NCBI RefSeq assembly: GCF_025526975.1
Contig: NW_026515672.1
Location: 558,001-622,000 of the forward strand
Reading direction: 5' to 3'
Origin: Fimicolochytrium jonesii
Lineage: Eukaryota
DNA: 64,000 nucleotides
The notes beneath the pieces were generated by a model. It made no database searches and was not told where the DNA came from. It saw only the letters and a program-made list of their open reading frames with translations. Position numbers and translations under genes: made by a program. Shown in pieces: positions 25,335 through 38,198 of the stretch (position 1 is the first letter of the stretch; every line of letters starts with the position of its first letter).

Positions 25335-28300
25335 TTATCGCGTCTCCCTCAGTCTCCAGAAGACGATTAGGGCGATCAAGACCGACAGGATGACGAAGAT
25401 TGCCGCCTCCATGGCGATATCGAACGTAAACTTGTCCGCATTGAAGCCGAACTTGAGTAAGACTGTGAGATGAAGAGGGGCGACACAGGTTGAGCCTTGA
25501 CCAGACAGAAAGGGACGGACATATGTTAAACTTACCAACAGAGGCAGGAACGCTCAATCCTACGCCAGAGACATTGTCTTGGATGGTCAGGCCCGAAAGG
25601 TCGTTCACGACTAGAGCTTCGTAGGCATAGCGGAAGACGGAAAGGTATTGGATCCATCTTAGGGCACTGGGTATCTGGTCTGGAAACGAGAATGAAAGAC
25701 ATGATCAGTCTCGCTGGTCGGTAATTAGGAAATTGATGATCCGCATACCTTGATTCAGCAAGAAACCGGCAAACAGCATTTGAAACAGCAACACAATACT
25801 AGCCACCAAGTTCGCCGTCCCAACATCCCGGACCGCACACGCGATCAGTAAACACAAGCACCCGGCATTGACAGCAAACAGCGTCATAACCCCAATAAAA
25901 GTCGCAAAATGCGCGCCGACGGAGGTAAGCCCTACCATCCAGAACGCAATCGATCCCATAACAACGGCCGGCACGACGCGCAGGGGGATGATATCAAAGA
26001 CGAACCGGGAGACGAGGAAGGGTATGACGCCGTACACGCCGTTGGCGCGCTCGCGAATGAAGATGGCGCGTTCCTGGTGCAAGGAACCGATCGCGCTGAG
26101 GCCAGAGAAGCCGAGGAGGGACATGATAAAGAAGATTGATCCGAACCGGTTTTGAATGCCGCCAAGGGAGTTGTCGGAGTGCCAGTAGAGGCCGCCGACA
26201 AAAGCGCCCAATGCGATGGCGATGCCGAGATGCGTGCCCCATAACCCGGGTCGCCGCCAGAAATTTCGCCACCCCCGACCTAGTAAGGTTTGTAGTTTGG
26301 TGAGGAAACTGATACGGTAGGCTTTATCGTCCGCGGCCATGTCCCGCTCGGATCCGGCGGGTAATGTGAATGACGATAAAGAGTTCAGTGACCTTGGCCG
26401 TCTTAACAGGCTGTTCCGTGATTGTTTGGAGCCGTCCTCGTTGGACGCGTCGGACGCCGCTCTGTCCCGTGCCGATCCCGCTTTCTGCGCAACCGAAACT
26501 GATCGGCTCTTGACCTTGCGGGACTTGCTTTTTGTGTCGTCGCCATGTTGCCCAACGGGGATATCGATGATAGCAGCCTCATAGGGATGTGGCGACCGCG
26601 CAGACTGCCCCCCTTTCGTCGTCGTTTGCATTTCAGGCATCTCCCACTCCTCGTGAGCACCATGCCTTTGTGAAACCGCCACCGTCTGAACCTGGGTCAC
26701 GGTCGGCCCCGACGCGCCATTCGCGAGATCCAGCGCCCAATCCGCGACACTGTACTGCGGCGGACACGGCTTCCCTATTCGGGCGAAATAATCCTCCATC
26801 TCATCCGCGGGGCCAAAATACATAATCTGTCCGTTCTGCAGAACCAGAGTATCATCAAACATGGCAAACACGTCTGACCGGGGTTGGTGGATGGTGAAGA
26901 TGACCGTTTTGCCCAGCCTGTGCGCTAGATCCGTGATGGTTTTTATGGCCGAGTGCGCGTTGTAGCTATCCAGGCCGCTGGTGGGTTCATCGAGGAACAG
27001 GATTGCGGGGCTGGTTACTAGTGCGACGCCGATGCTTACACGCCGCTTTTCTCCGCCGCTGATTCCGCGTTTGAGGGACCCGCCTATCCGCGAATCGGCG
27101 ATGTGCGAGAGTCCTAGTGATGCGATGACCTCGTTGACGATGTCCTTCTTATCGGATGTAGACGTGGATTCTGGTAACCGCATGTTGGCGGAGAACATCA
27201 GGGTCTCTCGGACCGTCAGCGTATCCATCTATTTGGATGAAATGAGTGAGAACAACCCAAACTGCGGGAAAAGCCATATGTACGGCGAGACTTACCAACA
27301 GATCTTCTTGATCAACGTATCCCACCAAACGACGGTACTGCGAGATCGACAGCGCCTCGCCATTGACCAGCAAAGTTCCATCCAAATCTCCACTCTTCGC
27401 CTTTCCAGCAACGATATCCAAAAATGTAGATTTCCCAGCCCCCGACGGCCCCATGACAGCCAGCGCCCGTCCCGGCTCCATCTTCCCAGAGATATTCTGC
27501 AGAATCTTCTTCCCGCCAATCGCATAACTGAGGTTCTGCACCTGTAGTTGCGCGCCTCGCCTGCCCTTTGGTGCGGTTCTACTCCGTGCTGCAGCGCGTC
27601 TGACGCAGGCTAAGGCGAACGCGGCGATGATTGCGGCTACTAGGCCAAGGGCGGCTGCTACAGTGATGATGCCGCCTGTCCCGAGAGTTTGTCCGCCGGC
27701 GAGAAGCGATTCGCCGGGATCGTCGCTTGGGAGAGCGCACTCGCCGTGGCGGCAGTTTTCGAGTTTGAACCCGTTGGGGAAGAGGGCGCCAAGGAAGTCA
27801 ACTGGGGATATGAAAGACGCGAGTGCGTCAGCTATGACCTTCGCAGATACTCCTTTGAGCAGCCAAAGTCGCTGGACTTACACTTGATAATACAGTCGCT
27901 GCTCGTAATGTTACCCCCTCGCCCACAGCTAAACTTCAACAGTCCACTTGCGCTGTTGATGATGGGGCTCAAGTCCGGCGAGCCTGGTGTGCCACCGCAC
28001 AAGGCAGCTCCGGGTGTACAGGCACAACTGAGATCAGAGCAGCTGTATTTGACCTCGTCGGCCTGTCGGTCCTGCTGACACTTTCTCGCACGGCATATGA
28101 ATTGCTCGAGGCCAGTGTACCATAATGCTCCGTAGGCATCGCCGGTGGTCATGTCTTTGTCCACGGTTAAGGTACTCTCCTTCGGGAACACTTGAGTAAG
28201 GAGAGGTTCTGCAAAGTAACGAGAATGAGTCTCCATCGCTCTTTGGTCTTGTTCTGCCGCGCGAAATGCCTTGTTCGGATGGCGCATTGAGACGAACCTT

Positions 28301-28888
28301 TTACGTCACAGTAGCTATGTCCAACTTTCCATGTCACAGGGTCCTGGTTGCAAACCAGGCTCTCACCCAACGCCGTCCCTGATCCGCCTTTACACACATC
28401 GTTCCTCGTGCAGACATTGCAGTTCACTCCAATGAAACCATCGTCACATTGGCAAGTACCGCCCACCGGCCGCGCCTGGCGATTCGCGGCCTGTTGATTC
28501 GGCGACCCGCATGTCGGCTGCCCACAATCCTCTGCCCCGAATCCTGCGGGACAGCTACACACATTATTTTGACAAGTTCCAAAGTTTTTGCAACCCTTGT
28601 TTTCGAAAGGACAGTTCAAAAAGCGTTAGCGTGGCGCGGCATTAAAGCATGAATATATACGCACTCGGCACACACCTGGTTATTGCAGTTGAAGCAAGTA
28701 GTAGCCGGACAAGTAGGAGCAGGTCCCGCTACCGTTTGCGTTACTGTAACTGTCGCCGCTGGTGGAGTCGCTACAGGAGTTGCTGGAGGAGTGGCTGGAG
28801 GCGTTGTTGGGGGAGGAGGTTGCGCAACGGCCACACTTAAGAACGAAGTAGCGACCGCCAACCCCACAAGGCTGGTGAGTCCGCGCAT
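25335..28888 (-). CDS. ADP1: ADP1-type half-size ABCG transporter with extracellular EGF-like Cys-rich region
   Basis: Signal peptide, EGF-like CSCPAGFGAEDC and CQCDDGFIGVNC, Walker A GPSGAGKST, signature ISGGEKRRVSI, Walker B LFLDEPTSGLD, TIHQP, ABC2 membrane domain. Confidence 0.92.
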
Positions 28889-29904
28889 GGCCGGGTTGAG
28901 TACGTATCGATGTCGGAGTTGCTGTCAAGACCCAGAAGCTTCCCGAGCGTCGGGCGGCCCCAGTGATATTCTCCCCTTTATATGAATATCCGTTCGTTCC
29001 AAGCTATCCAATTCAACAAACGTGGAGCGAGGTCGGCGAAAGTTTTCGGATAAGGGTCCGACCTGCGCCAAAGAAGATAATGGAGATGTCTCTCTCCCGC
29101 GTGCGTTTTGCCCTCAGAAAGCGTTACCGGCCTCGTAGCTGCTCGTGTCAACGCCAGAGGCCACACCAATGGCCGTACGAATGTGGAGGCTGCGGGGGGT
29201 GTTGGGAAAGTGAGCAGTTGGGCGAAAGGTCCATCCAGAAAGCGGAGAGGGAGGGGGCCGTCACTTTTGCCTCGAACATAGGGCAGGACGCTGGGATCGG
29301 CCACAAAGTCAGCGGCTGCCTGCGTCCGTAGTTGTTGGGGGGGGATCTGCGCCGCCCAGAAATGATATGATACCGACGTCGCGAAAAGTTACACAATGCG
29401 GGCCATTGCGGGCCATTATTATTTGTTGAACACTGCATTCGCAAAACTTTGCAATTGTTGCTTGCGCGCCGCTGAACGCTGGAGGGTTGAGAACGGCACG
29501 CAAACGGAGTTGCTGTCCATCCACAACCGGGCGGGCAACTGCTCCATCGTACGATCGCAAATTTGGCTTCCCTGAAAAGTTGGCGACGGGTTTTAGTTAC
29601 CGCTTCGACGGTTTCGGACAACCTGGTCGTCTTGTCACGTTGTTTTCCTATCCATCTCATCCAAGTGTGATCAGCCAAGGGACATCCGAATGGCACTTAT
29701 TCTACTCCTCGCTTCTCTTTCTTTTCATCGTCCAAGTTTATTCACATTTACAACGCTACCGGTTTTTACAAAAATATTACAAGACGCTGACAAGGCTCAA
29801 AGCCCTTGCCATTACATAGAATCCCCCTCACCAGCATCCGTCACTCCTGACTCCCGCGGATCTGCGCGCCTCAGGATCTCCCGCAGGTCTCCCTCGTATT
29901 AAGT

Positions 29905-32155
29905 TTATCGTACAGCGACACTAAGCGACGAAAGGAAAGGTGTTGGTCAGCGAAGAACATGGCAGAAACTGTTGAAACAAACAAAACCGAAATGCTATAC
30001 TCACATGTCATCAATCTTCATGATCATCTTGACGGTCTCCGCAGCGAGGTTGATAGCGCTGGTAGACACCAATAAAGGTTGAACGACATTCTCCTCCAAA
30101 ATGTTGGTGATGGCGCCTTTTCGGACGTTAATACCGGCAGTCACCTCCCCCTTGGCGTGACGGTTGCGCAGCTCGGTCACAATCGCGATGGGGTGAAGAC
30201 CAGCGTTCTCTGCCAAGGTGGTGGGAATGACCTCGAGGGCCTCCGCGAAAGCTTGGAAGCAATATGCCTCCATGCCCTTCAGAGTCCTAGCGTGCTCCAT
30301 CAACCGCCGGGACGCCTCAATCTCGGGTGCACCTCCTCCAGCGATCAACGCGCGCTTCTTGACCAAGCATCGCAACACGCAAAGCGCGTCGTGCAGAGAA
30401 CGCTCCGCCTCCTCCAGAACCAATGGGTTGGAACCGTGAATCAATATAGAAACGGTCTTTCCTGCGTTCTTCACACCGAGGGCCTTCACGACCTTTGCTC
30501 CCGAGCTCTCCACCTCCTCGACGACATCAGCATATCCGAGCTTGTCTTCCGTAAACGAGTCAATGTCCGCAATGGGTTTGCATCCCGTAGACTGATAGCG
30601 GGATAGGGTTAGAAGAAATGGTCTATCCCATGGCAAAATTCGGAGAGGCTGACCTTGCAGATGAACTCGATTTCGTCCCTCTCGATATCCCTGATGGCGA
30701 GAATCTTCAGCTTCGCCAGGAAGTGAAGCGACAACTCGTTGACGGCATCCCTCAGAATAGACTTTTGAATCAGGAGGACATTGCACCCGGTCTTCTTGAT
30801 TTTTTTGCAGATGTTCAGGAGATATTGACGCTCTTCCTTGAGAATCTTGTCCATTTGTCGGTAATCGTTCACTACAACCTGATTCTCCATCTACACGATT
30901 GGAAGTCAGTGCCGGTCTCAGCTTGCACTCTAGAAACGTACCGTCACAACTCACGTCAGGCTTCGGTGGGGAGAGCTGGAACTGAATCAACCCAATTTTC
31001 GCCTTCTCCATGCGAGTTGGGCCGCCAGCACTCTTGATGACGTTTTGGGTTAACACCAGACCATCGATCAGCTCCGTATCATCGAGGGTTCCTCCGACTT
31101 TCTGCACTAATCGAATGTCCTTAAGGTCTACATTGTCTGTGATCGCAGGGTCAATGACTCTTAAGACACTGTCGACGGCGATGGGCGATAGCAGACTGGA
31201 GTATTGTGAAACGATCTTAAAATGAGGTCTTTATCAGTCAATGGTTCGAAGTACAAGAAATACAAGTTGATTCGCACCTTGGAGTTCAAAGATGTTGTGG
31301 CACTCTTCAACAGCGATTCGCGGTCATTCAAGTCCAATGGCACGGACATCTCGGTGAGATATTCGCACACTTTTGCTGCGGCACGCTGGAACGACTCTGC
31401 GATGATGGTAGGATGTATTCCTGAATGGCCCCAATTTTAGCTTCACTCGTGCGGCTTAATAATCCTGCCCGAACTGAGCTCACCCTTGTCCAAAAGTCCC
31501 TCGGCAGCAGTCAGAAAGCTTCCAGCCAGAACTACGACAGATGTTGTTCCATCTCCCGCCTCCACATCCTGTGCTGCCGACAAATCGACCAACTAAAATC
31601 GACGAAAGAGCCGAAATCGTTATGATTCAGGTTCACCCATGGCTCTACAAGTCTGCATAATCAAAGCCCTACCATCTTCGCCGCGGGGTGAAGCACCGAC
31701 ATGTGCTTCATGATCGTCGCTCCATCGTTGGAAATCACCACGCTTTCCCCAGCTTTCCCAGTCTGGATCTACAATTCATCGCGTTAACATTCCCACCCAT
31801 GACTTTCCGCAAGGACGAGCAAAGTGAGGGTATGTACCATTTTGTCCATCCCCTTGGGACCCAGACTCGTTCGGATAGCATCGGCGACGGCTGAAAACAC
31901 GGAAATGGGGCGCCGTTAGATCACGTCCAGATCATCTGCGCAATTTCCAGATTCCCATGATCGTCTCATATATTTGGCTGTACTTTCGGACCGATCTGTC
32001 CTTCCCCCTGCCCCGCCCTGCACACCGCCCGTCGAACGTTATCGTCGAAAACGCGTTGGCAAATGTTTCCACGTACCCTTCGCTGCGATGATGTTGCTGG
32101 TTCGGACTTCGATTGGCTTCTCCTTGTCCTGGAACTGCTTCGCCTTTTGGACCAT
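29905..32155 (-). CDS. CCT4: T-complex protein 1 subunit delta (CCT4), multi-exon
   Basis: [66 protein letters not shown]; last micro-exon ends ...KIDDIVAVR-TAA. Confidence 0.96.
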
Positions 32156-32219
32156 CTTGAGATATGCGTTCTACGGATTTCGGAGTTACTCTGTGGACAG
32201 ATCAACAGTACAGCGGACT

Positions 32220-32300
32220 GATAGATGGATGGATGGATGGATTCGCTGCGGTGCTGGATAGCTCGTCGTCGTCGTCGTCGTTGGTTGGATGGATGGATAG
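32220..32300. repeat. Compound microsatellite (GGAT)n-(TCG)6-(GGAT)n in the CCT4 5' region
   Basis: GATGGATGGATGGATGG, TCGTCGTCGTCGTCGTCG and GGATGGATGGAT read directly. Confidence 0.8.
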
Positions 32301-33691
32301 TGCACAATTGATTCCGCGTCGCAATGTCGACCGCGACATCCTAAATCGAAAAGTGCACAACTTCGGACAACCGCTAATCAAATATATAACTAATTCTTAA
32401 CATGCGTGTTGAGCAACAAGTTTAAACATCTTAACATTCGTATTCATAAGATGCTCCTAATGGGCTAACCCCAAAACAATCCTTCCCACCGATTTGTCTA
32501 GCGAGTGTCTATCTCGGATGCTCTGGTAAAGCGTTTTGCAGATGCTTCCCCGTCGCTTCTGCGACGCCGTGCATGCCTCATGGAAGAAGGTACACTACCG
32601 GCATTGATCGTTTCACCCCTCCAGCATCCCCATGCCGCTACTCCGCCCGATTTCCACGGATGGGAACATTGTATGCAGAAGACAAGTCCCCCGCAAGTAT
32701 GGCAAACCTGCATTCCGGCGAGCCGTTCGCAGCCAATGCGCCAGCGTCCGCGCATGCGGGGCATGAGAGCTCTCAACAAGGCTGTATCTTACAGTACGTC
32801 GAAGCGCCCTCCTCACTCGCCGCCAGTAGTCCTGTCAATGACGCTAGTCGGTCCCATGGCTGTTTGATCTGTGATGTAAACAAAGAGCGATCAGCACACG
32901 ATCGGCCGTAACTCGAATATCCGCCTCACTCAGACGGTGATCAGCCAGTCAGTAGAATGATTTGTCGGCACTTCCGCCCTCGCCCGCCACACAACGAAGC
33001 ATCCACCCCACGGCATTCATCTAAGGTTCCCAACATGTTCCGTCTCCCCTTTACACGCATGCCCGACCGGCTCTCGAGCAGTATGTCTATTGTGAGACGT
33101 CCAAGGATGCGAACTGAATCGCGATATGATATGCAAACAGCAGCCAAAGCCGCGTTCGAAGTAACAACCTGACCCAGTGCACCCAAGGATGTGGTCGATG
33201 TGTGTCCGCTTTTACGACTCCCAGATGATCTAAGTCTGGGAATTACGTCTCGAACATTGGGTGTACTTATGCCGCTTTTTCGAGTGGTGAAGGCTTCGGT
33301 TGGCTGTGTGCGACGATCGTGGGCAGATCTGACCTTTTACATGGGCATCATCGTGGCGTGCGACCACCGCCTCCCTTCACCTCATTCTCGTGATAACTAG
33401 TGCGCTTACCTTTTGTTGTACTGTACATACAGTACCTATGCCCGGAAGGCTGATCTTGCAAGATTGAACTTTGGTTTACGACCTGGGCTGCCCATCTTTT
33501 TGGGCAATTTCAGGCGTTCGATTGGCGGGTGGCGCAGCCGATGTTATCGCATCCTGTCAGTCAGCTGTCAGTCGGTGTCACCACCAGCCAGCAAAACGAC
33601 AGATTACGATCAATCTTCAATGCTCACGAAACCCTCAACCGCCCAAACCATCTTTTACCCTTTACAGTACTCCACGCTGAAGCAAGACAAA

Positions 33692-34147
33692 ATGCGCCTC
33701 CTCACCACCACCACTCTCCAATTGGCCGTCCCTCTCCTCCTCCTGGCCACTTCACCCGCACGAGCTCAAGCTGGAGGCGCCATCCCAACACCGGGAGCAC
33801 CTGTGGTGATTCCTCGCCCTGTTGACCCGCACCAGGAGCCTAGTGGTGTCCCATCGGGTGTGGTCGCTGTGCCCCCTCTGACCTCCGCGACTGCCATTGC
33901 GACTGCCATGGCCACGGCAACTACGACCACCTTGACCTCCTCGTCGGCGAGCGCGACGCAGACGCCCACTGTGGTTGTGATGGATACTGGGAGCAGCAGT
34001 CAGGCAACTCTGACGACGATAAGCACTGCAACTCCTACGATGGGCGCAGGGGCGGCCGCGGCGACCAACGGGGGCACTAGCCGTCATCGAGCACCAGTCG
34101 CTGCTGGGCTCGTGATGGCCGTTATTGTTTCTGCGGGTCTCATTTGA
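33692..34147 (+). CDS. Small secreted Ser/Thr/Ala-rich, probably GPI-anchored surface protein (151 aa)
   Basis: Signal peptide MRLLTTTTLQLAVPLLLLATSPARA, Thr-rich stalk, NGG omega-like site and hydrophobic C-terminus VAAGLVMAVIVSAGLI. Confidence 0.7.
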   Translation: MRLLTTTTLQLAVPLLLLATSPARAQAGGAIPTPGAPVVIPRPVDPHQEPSGVPSGVVAVPPLTSATAIATAMATATTTTLTSSSASATQTPTVVVMDTGSSSQATLTTISTATPTMGAGAAAATNGGTSRHRAPVAAGLVMAVIVSAGLI

Positions 34148-35398
34148 AAGACTTGAATACCTTCCATCGGATCGTTTCTGTAAATCTGGCGTAAGCGCTG
34201 GCGTTCAATATCCCCCCGCATAAGGTGCACGACATCAAAACACATAAGCATTTCAAATTACTAGACGTGACCAGCTGGTAGACCTCCTTAGATCTAGATA
34301 CTGCATCGATGTGCTCCTGACTTACTTCATGAACCGTACATTTGCCTGGCCAGAAGCTGTAAGCCCTGTTGTCATCAAAGCCAGAAGGCGCCATGTCATA
34401 ATGTAGACGAACTTGGAAAGTTGCAGAGACGAATCATGGTGCAGCTTCGCCTTCCTCTATATCTCTTTTGCGCCATCACTGTTAACTAATGAAGGTGGGA
34501 GCGCGGAATGAGAGACGATCTAGCTATTCAGAAGCGCTGGTTTCAGCACAATTAGGCCAAATGCCCAAAGAAACCCGTAAATCCATGAATATGTCGCTGT
34601 GCAGTCGTTCTCGGCCTTAACGACACCTTGATAAAATGTCAATGAATCCAAATTTACAAGTCTCCGCCTACCGAAGGTGGGGCATGTTGATTGTGTTTGT
34701 AAGACGCCTTATTCAAACGGTAAAGACTGGCAAGACCACAAACGGTAAGAGGGGCTTCGACATCAAACCCTCTTGCCGTACATAGACCTTCGTATGCCTC
34801 TCGTACTGGTAATGGCGCCTCAGTGTTTCGTAGCAGGCATCCGTGTAGGGTAATGTCCTGCAACATCCACATGGATGTGCTCACTACTATTCACATAACG
34901 CCCAAAATAAACAATTTTGGACCTCAGCTTACATGCACGCATCCATTCAGAGTCCATGAGGCCAGATATGCAGCGCTGGACCGCCAAACGTCCTGGCATC
35001 GGTGATCATGGCGCCTTGACCGCTGAAGACATCATATGGACAAGTCCAAATTGCCAGTGTATTAGCTAACAGGGTGCAATGCCATATGCTCTCGCATATA
35101 TCCTTATCGTCCGCCGGCCGAAGTTTGTAGCAGACCGTACGCCGCCAGTCATCCGTTGTATTCGGAGCGTGACTCACGCGCGTTACTAACACATGAGGTC
35201 ATATGCATCTCGTCTCTTCGTCCCTCAAGAGCACACCGCTTTTGCGAAAGAGGTCCTTACATTACGACGTTCACCAGAACCACCGCCCTAATTGACAAAA
35301 TATATATGGCTAGATTCTGAAGCCCTGCACTCGCAAGAACGACTCTATAGCTCCAGTCCAAACCCTTTTCGTCTTCCGCCAATCAGTTTCCACCCGCC

Positions 35399-36265
35399 AT
35401 GACGGACCTAAACAACGACGACCCTTTCGCTATGCAAGTCAAGCGCCTGCAAGCAATGGGCTTCCCAGACGGCGACATCAACCGTGCAGCCCTCTTCAAA
35501 ACAGAAGGAAAGATCAACGCTGCAGTCGATCTCATCGTCTCCGGCGCACCCCTCACCCCCATCACAATCGAAGACGCAAAACACTACTCCCACGACGAAT
35601 CCCGCCCACCGCTCAACCCCCTCCTCACCGACTTTGACCCGCTCCTGCGGAAACAGCCCTCATCCGCAAACCTCGGGGGTGTGAGTCCCGGCCGGTCGCC
35701 GACGACACAGACGTATATGCGCAAGTTCAAGCCGTTACCGCCGCCGGAGCAGCATAAGATATTCCAGCTGCATCAGATGGGGTTTAAGCAGGAGGGGAAA
35801 TCGAGGGATGCGTTGAATAGGACAAAGGGGAATGTGGACGCTGCTGTGGCGCTCTTGTTGGAGAAGGGCGATGAGCTGAATGAGGATTATGAGTGTACGA
35901 ACCCGCTGCCGAAGGCCGGGACGGGGTTGGCGCCGTTCAGCGCACCGCTCCCATCTACGAGTGGAGCCGGATCGACATGGACGTCCTCGTTGCAAGAGCT
36001 GAACGCTGTCAACTGGGGAGCGTCGCAGAACAGACCGGCACCTTCACCAGCGTCGAATGCGGCCGCGCAGTCCTTGACATGGAATGTCCAACCTCCGTCG
36101 TACCAGCCACCATCCACGGGCCAGGCTTGGGCGAATCGGAGTATTACCTCAGGATATGCACCTATGCTCTCCAATCGATCCCCGCAACCGCAAGCAGCGG
36201 CCGCACCACCACCAATCAACCCATTCGAAGATCCGTTCGCCGATGATTTCCGTATCGACAAATGA
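35399..36265 (+). CDS. Tandem-UBA-domain protein with DPF/NPF endocytic motifs
   Basis: Two UBA signatures (LQAMGF...AALFKTEGKINAAVDLI and LHQMGF...ALNRTKGNVDAAVALL); N-terminal DPF; C-terminal NPFEDPFADDF. Confidence 0.8.
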   Translation: MTDLNNDDPFAMQVKRLQAMGFPDGDINRAALFKTEGKINAAVDLIVSGAPLTPITIEDAKHYSHDESRPPLNPLLTDFDPLLRKQPSSANLGGVSPGRSPTTQTYMRKFKPLPPPEQHKIFQLHQMGFKQEGKSRDALNRTKGNVDAAVALLLEKGDELNEDYECTNPLPKAGTGLAPFSAPLPSTSGAGSTWTSSLQELNAVNWGASQNRPAPSPASNAAAQSLTWNVQPPSYQPPSTGQAWANRSITSGYAPMLSNRSPQPQAAAAPPPINPFEDPFADDFRIDK

Positions 36266-36678
36266 TCGCTCTGCTAGGAACGTATCTTCTCTCAAGGCCT
36301 TTGGCCCTTTTTTCTCGTCGTCCGCCCACCAACTATGTAGATATTCTCTGCTCACACCGCTCTACCTGACACATTCTGATGTCCCTGTATCTGGCTACCC
36401 TGCAACAAACAGCGAAGTAGCGCAACAATGTACTGTACGTAGTCGGATCCCATTTGGGTTTCTTATGAATAGTATATTACGATCCGCCGAATGAGATACT
36501 CCTCTCAGAAACGTAAAGCACAACTGATTCTTCGCCACTGTAAGATTCTGCCTGCCTATGTAATCGACGTACGCCATATCGAGAACTATGTACAGAGGCC
36601 GGACCAGCTTACGGCAGCAATGGGTTTTTACGCTACAGCTTTTCTCCTCCCTTCACCGCCAATGCGCATGCAGGCAAT

Positions 36679-37508
36679 TTACCTCTCTGCATCATCCTTG
36701 GCCTTCGGCATAGCCTCCCCAAACTTCTTCTCATGGATCGCCGAGCGGAGCGGCATCAGCGCCTACATTCAAAGAGAGGTTTCAAACATCAGCTTCGACC
36801 CAACCGGGTAGTCTCCCACTCGTCCCTCTTCGTAGTCGGGCTGAATCTCATCGATCTTCATGTGGCATATAGAAAGAATCCGCAAGAATCCGCACCTGGC
36901 TGTCGACATAGTCTTTGCAGGCATTACACCACGACGAGAGGTCGCTGAAGCTGACGCAGACAGGATGGTGATCTTTTTGCGCAGGAGAGGAGTGATGCAG
37001 GGTCACGATTAGGTGATGAGATTTCGCATGACATATGCCGGAGCTTTGCTTGATGGGTTATGGAGTTGAGGCACGGCTTACATACCCTTCTTCCAATGAG
37101 CCTTCATGTGTTTGAGGATATATCTGGCGGGTGTCCCAGAAAAAACGGCGGATCGTTAGTTCATGGTCCCAAAGGCTTTCCCTCCACACATATGCTTTCA
37201 AAAGAGAAAGTACCTCGAACAGAACACTCCACTACAATGCGCGCAAATCCAGTTCTCCAATGGCTCTCCACAATCTTGACACGGCATCTCGCCTGCAGCC
37301 GAATTTCGTGATGAGTATAACGAAATATAAACTGGCTCGCAGACCGACATATTCCGTACAACGTTCCTTAAACCTCACCCTCAAGTCCTTCCGGAATAGT
37401 CACAGTAGCGGGTACATGCGGGCAATCGGTTCGAGGTGTGACAGCGTAAAAGTTTCCGCCGAGGGCGTTGACGTCGCCTGGACGAGCGTCACTGGTTGAA
37501 GATGACAT
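36679..37508 (-). CDS. Stand-alone HDAC6-type ZnF-UBP (BUZ) ubiquitin-binding protein, 5 exons, about 135 aa
   Basis: Splicing of four GT-AG introns gives FYAVTPRTDCPHV...PCQDCGEPLENWICAHCSGVFCSRYILKHMKAHWKKDHHPVCVSFSDLSSWCNACKDYVDSQAL...HEKKFGEAMP; TAA at 36679-36681. Confidence 0.85.
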
Positions 37509-38198
37509 GATGACGACAGAGTGGTGCCAAAGCTGAGAAATTGTGAATATGGATATATGGTTTCTAGAACCTTGTGATGGAAGGGTTGTTTTTGAAATGC
37601 TCAAGGGGTCACTGCCAAAGCCAGAATGCGACAAAGTTCTTGAGCGTGCGCAAGTGACAAAACGCGCACGGCTGTTGCTGACTCAGCACACTCCGCCCCC
37701 ATGGGTTCTCTCATAGGTACGTAGCTACTTCTGGGCACGTACCGAACCCACTTCCCCTCCCCAACGCCCTTCGCTGCTGGCTACTCGTATTTCGCGCATT
37801 GCCTTTTTCAGCTACTTCCTCATAAAGCGATTTCCTAGATCTCGATGGTGTAGATTTCTTCCCTTACACAAATCGACTCGGCTTCCCTTTCGTTGAACGG
37901 CTAGGTGAGTTAAAAAACGGGTTCCGCTTGTCTGTGGTTGCCGGCGCAAATGGATATGGATATGGTAGTGTGCACAACGGGCCTTCACCATCTTGTCTCA
38001 CCAATTTTTCTCTCGTCTCCGCAGAACAGGTCGCATCCCACACTCCCAAAGCGCCTACTTTCGGTCCATTGATACCCCACGCACACACCGAACAGCGCCA
38101 CAAACCAAATCCAAAAAACACCTTGCTCCAATACGTAAACCATCAATCGAGAATAACCCAAACTCCCACCTTTTCTACTTTCGGCCGTCGTCTCCAAG

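Noticed and set aside
32400..33400. Overlapping 70-120 aa ORFs upstream of CCT4
   Set aside because: No coding-like composition or family motif; treated as intergenic.
36763..36896. Possible C/D snoRNA (ATGAAGA...CTGA) in the last ZnF-UBP intron
   Set aside because: The C box is imperfect, the CTGAT doubles as the likely branch site, and I found no rRNA complementarity.
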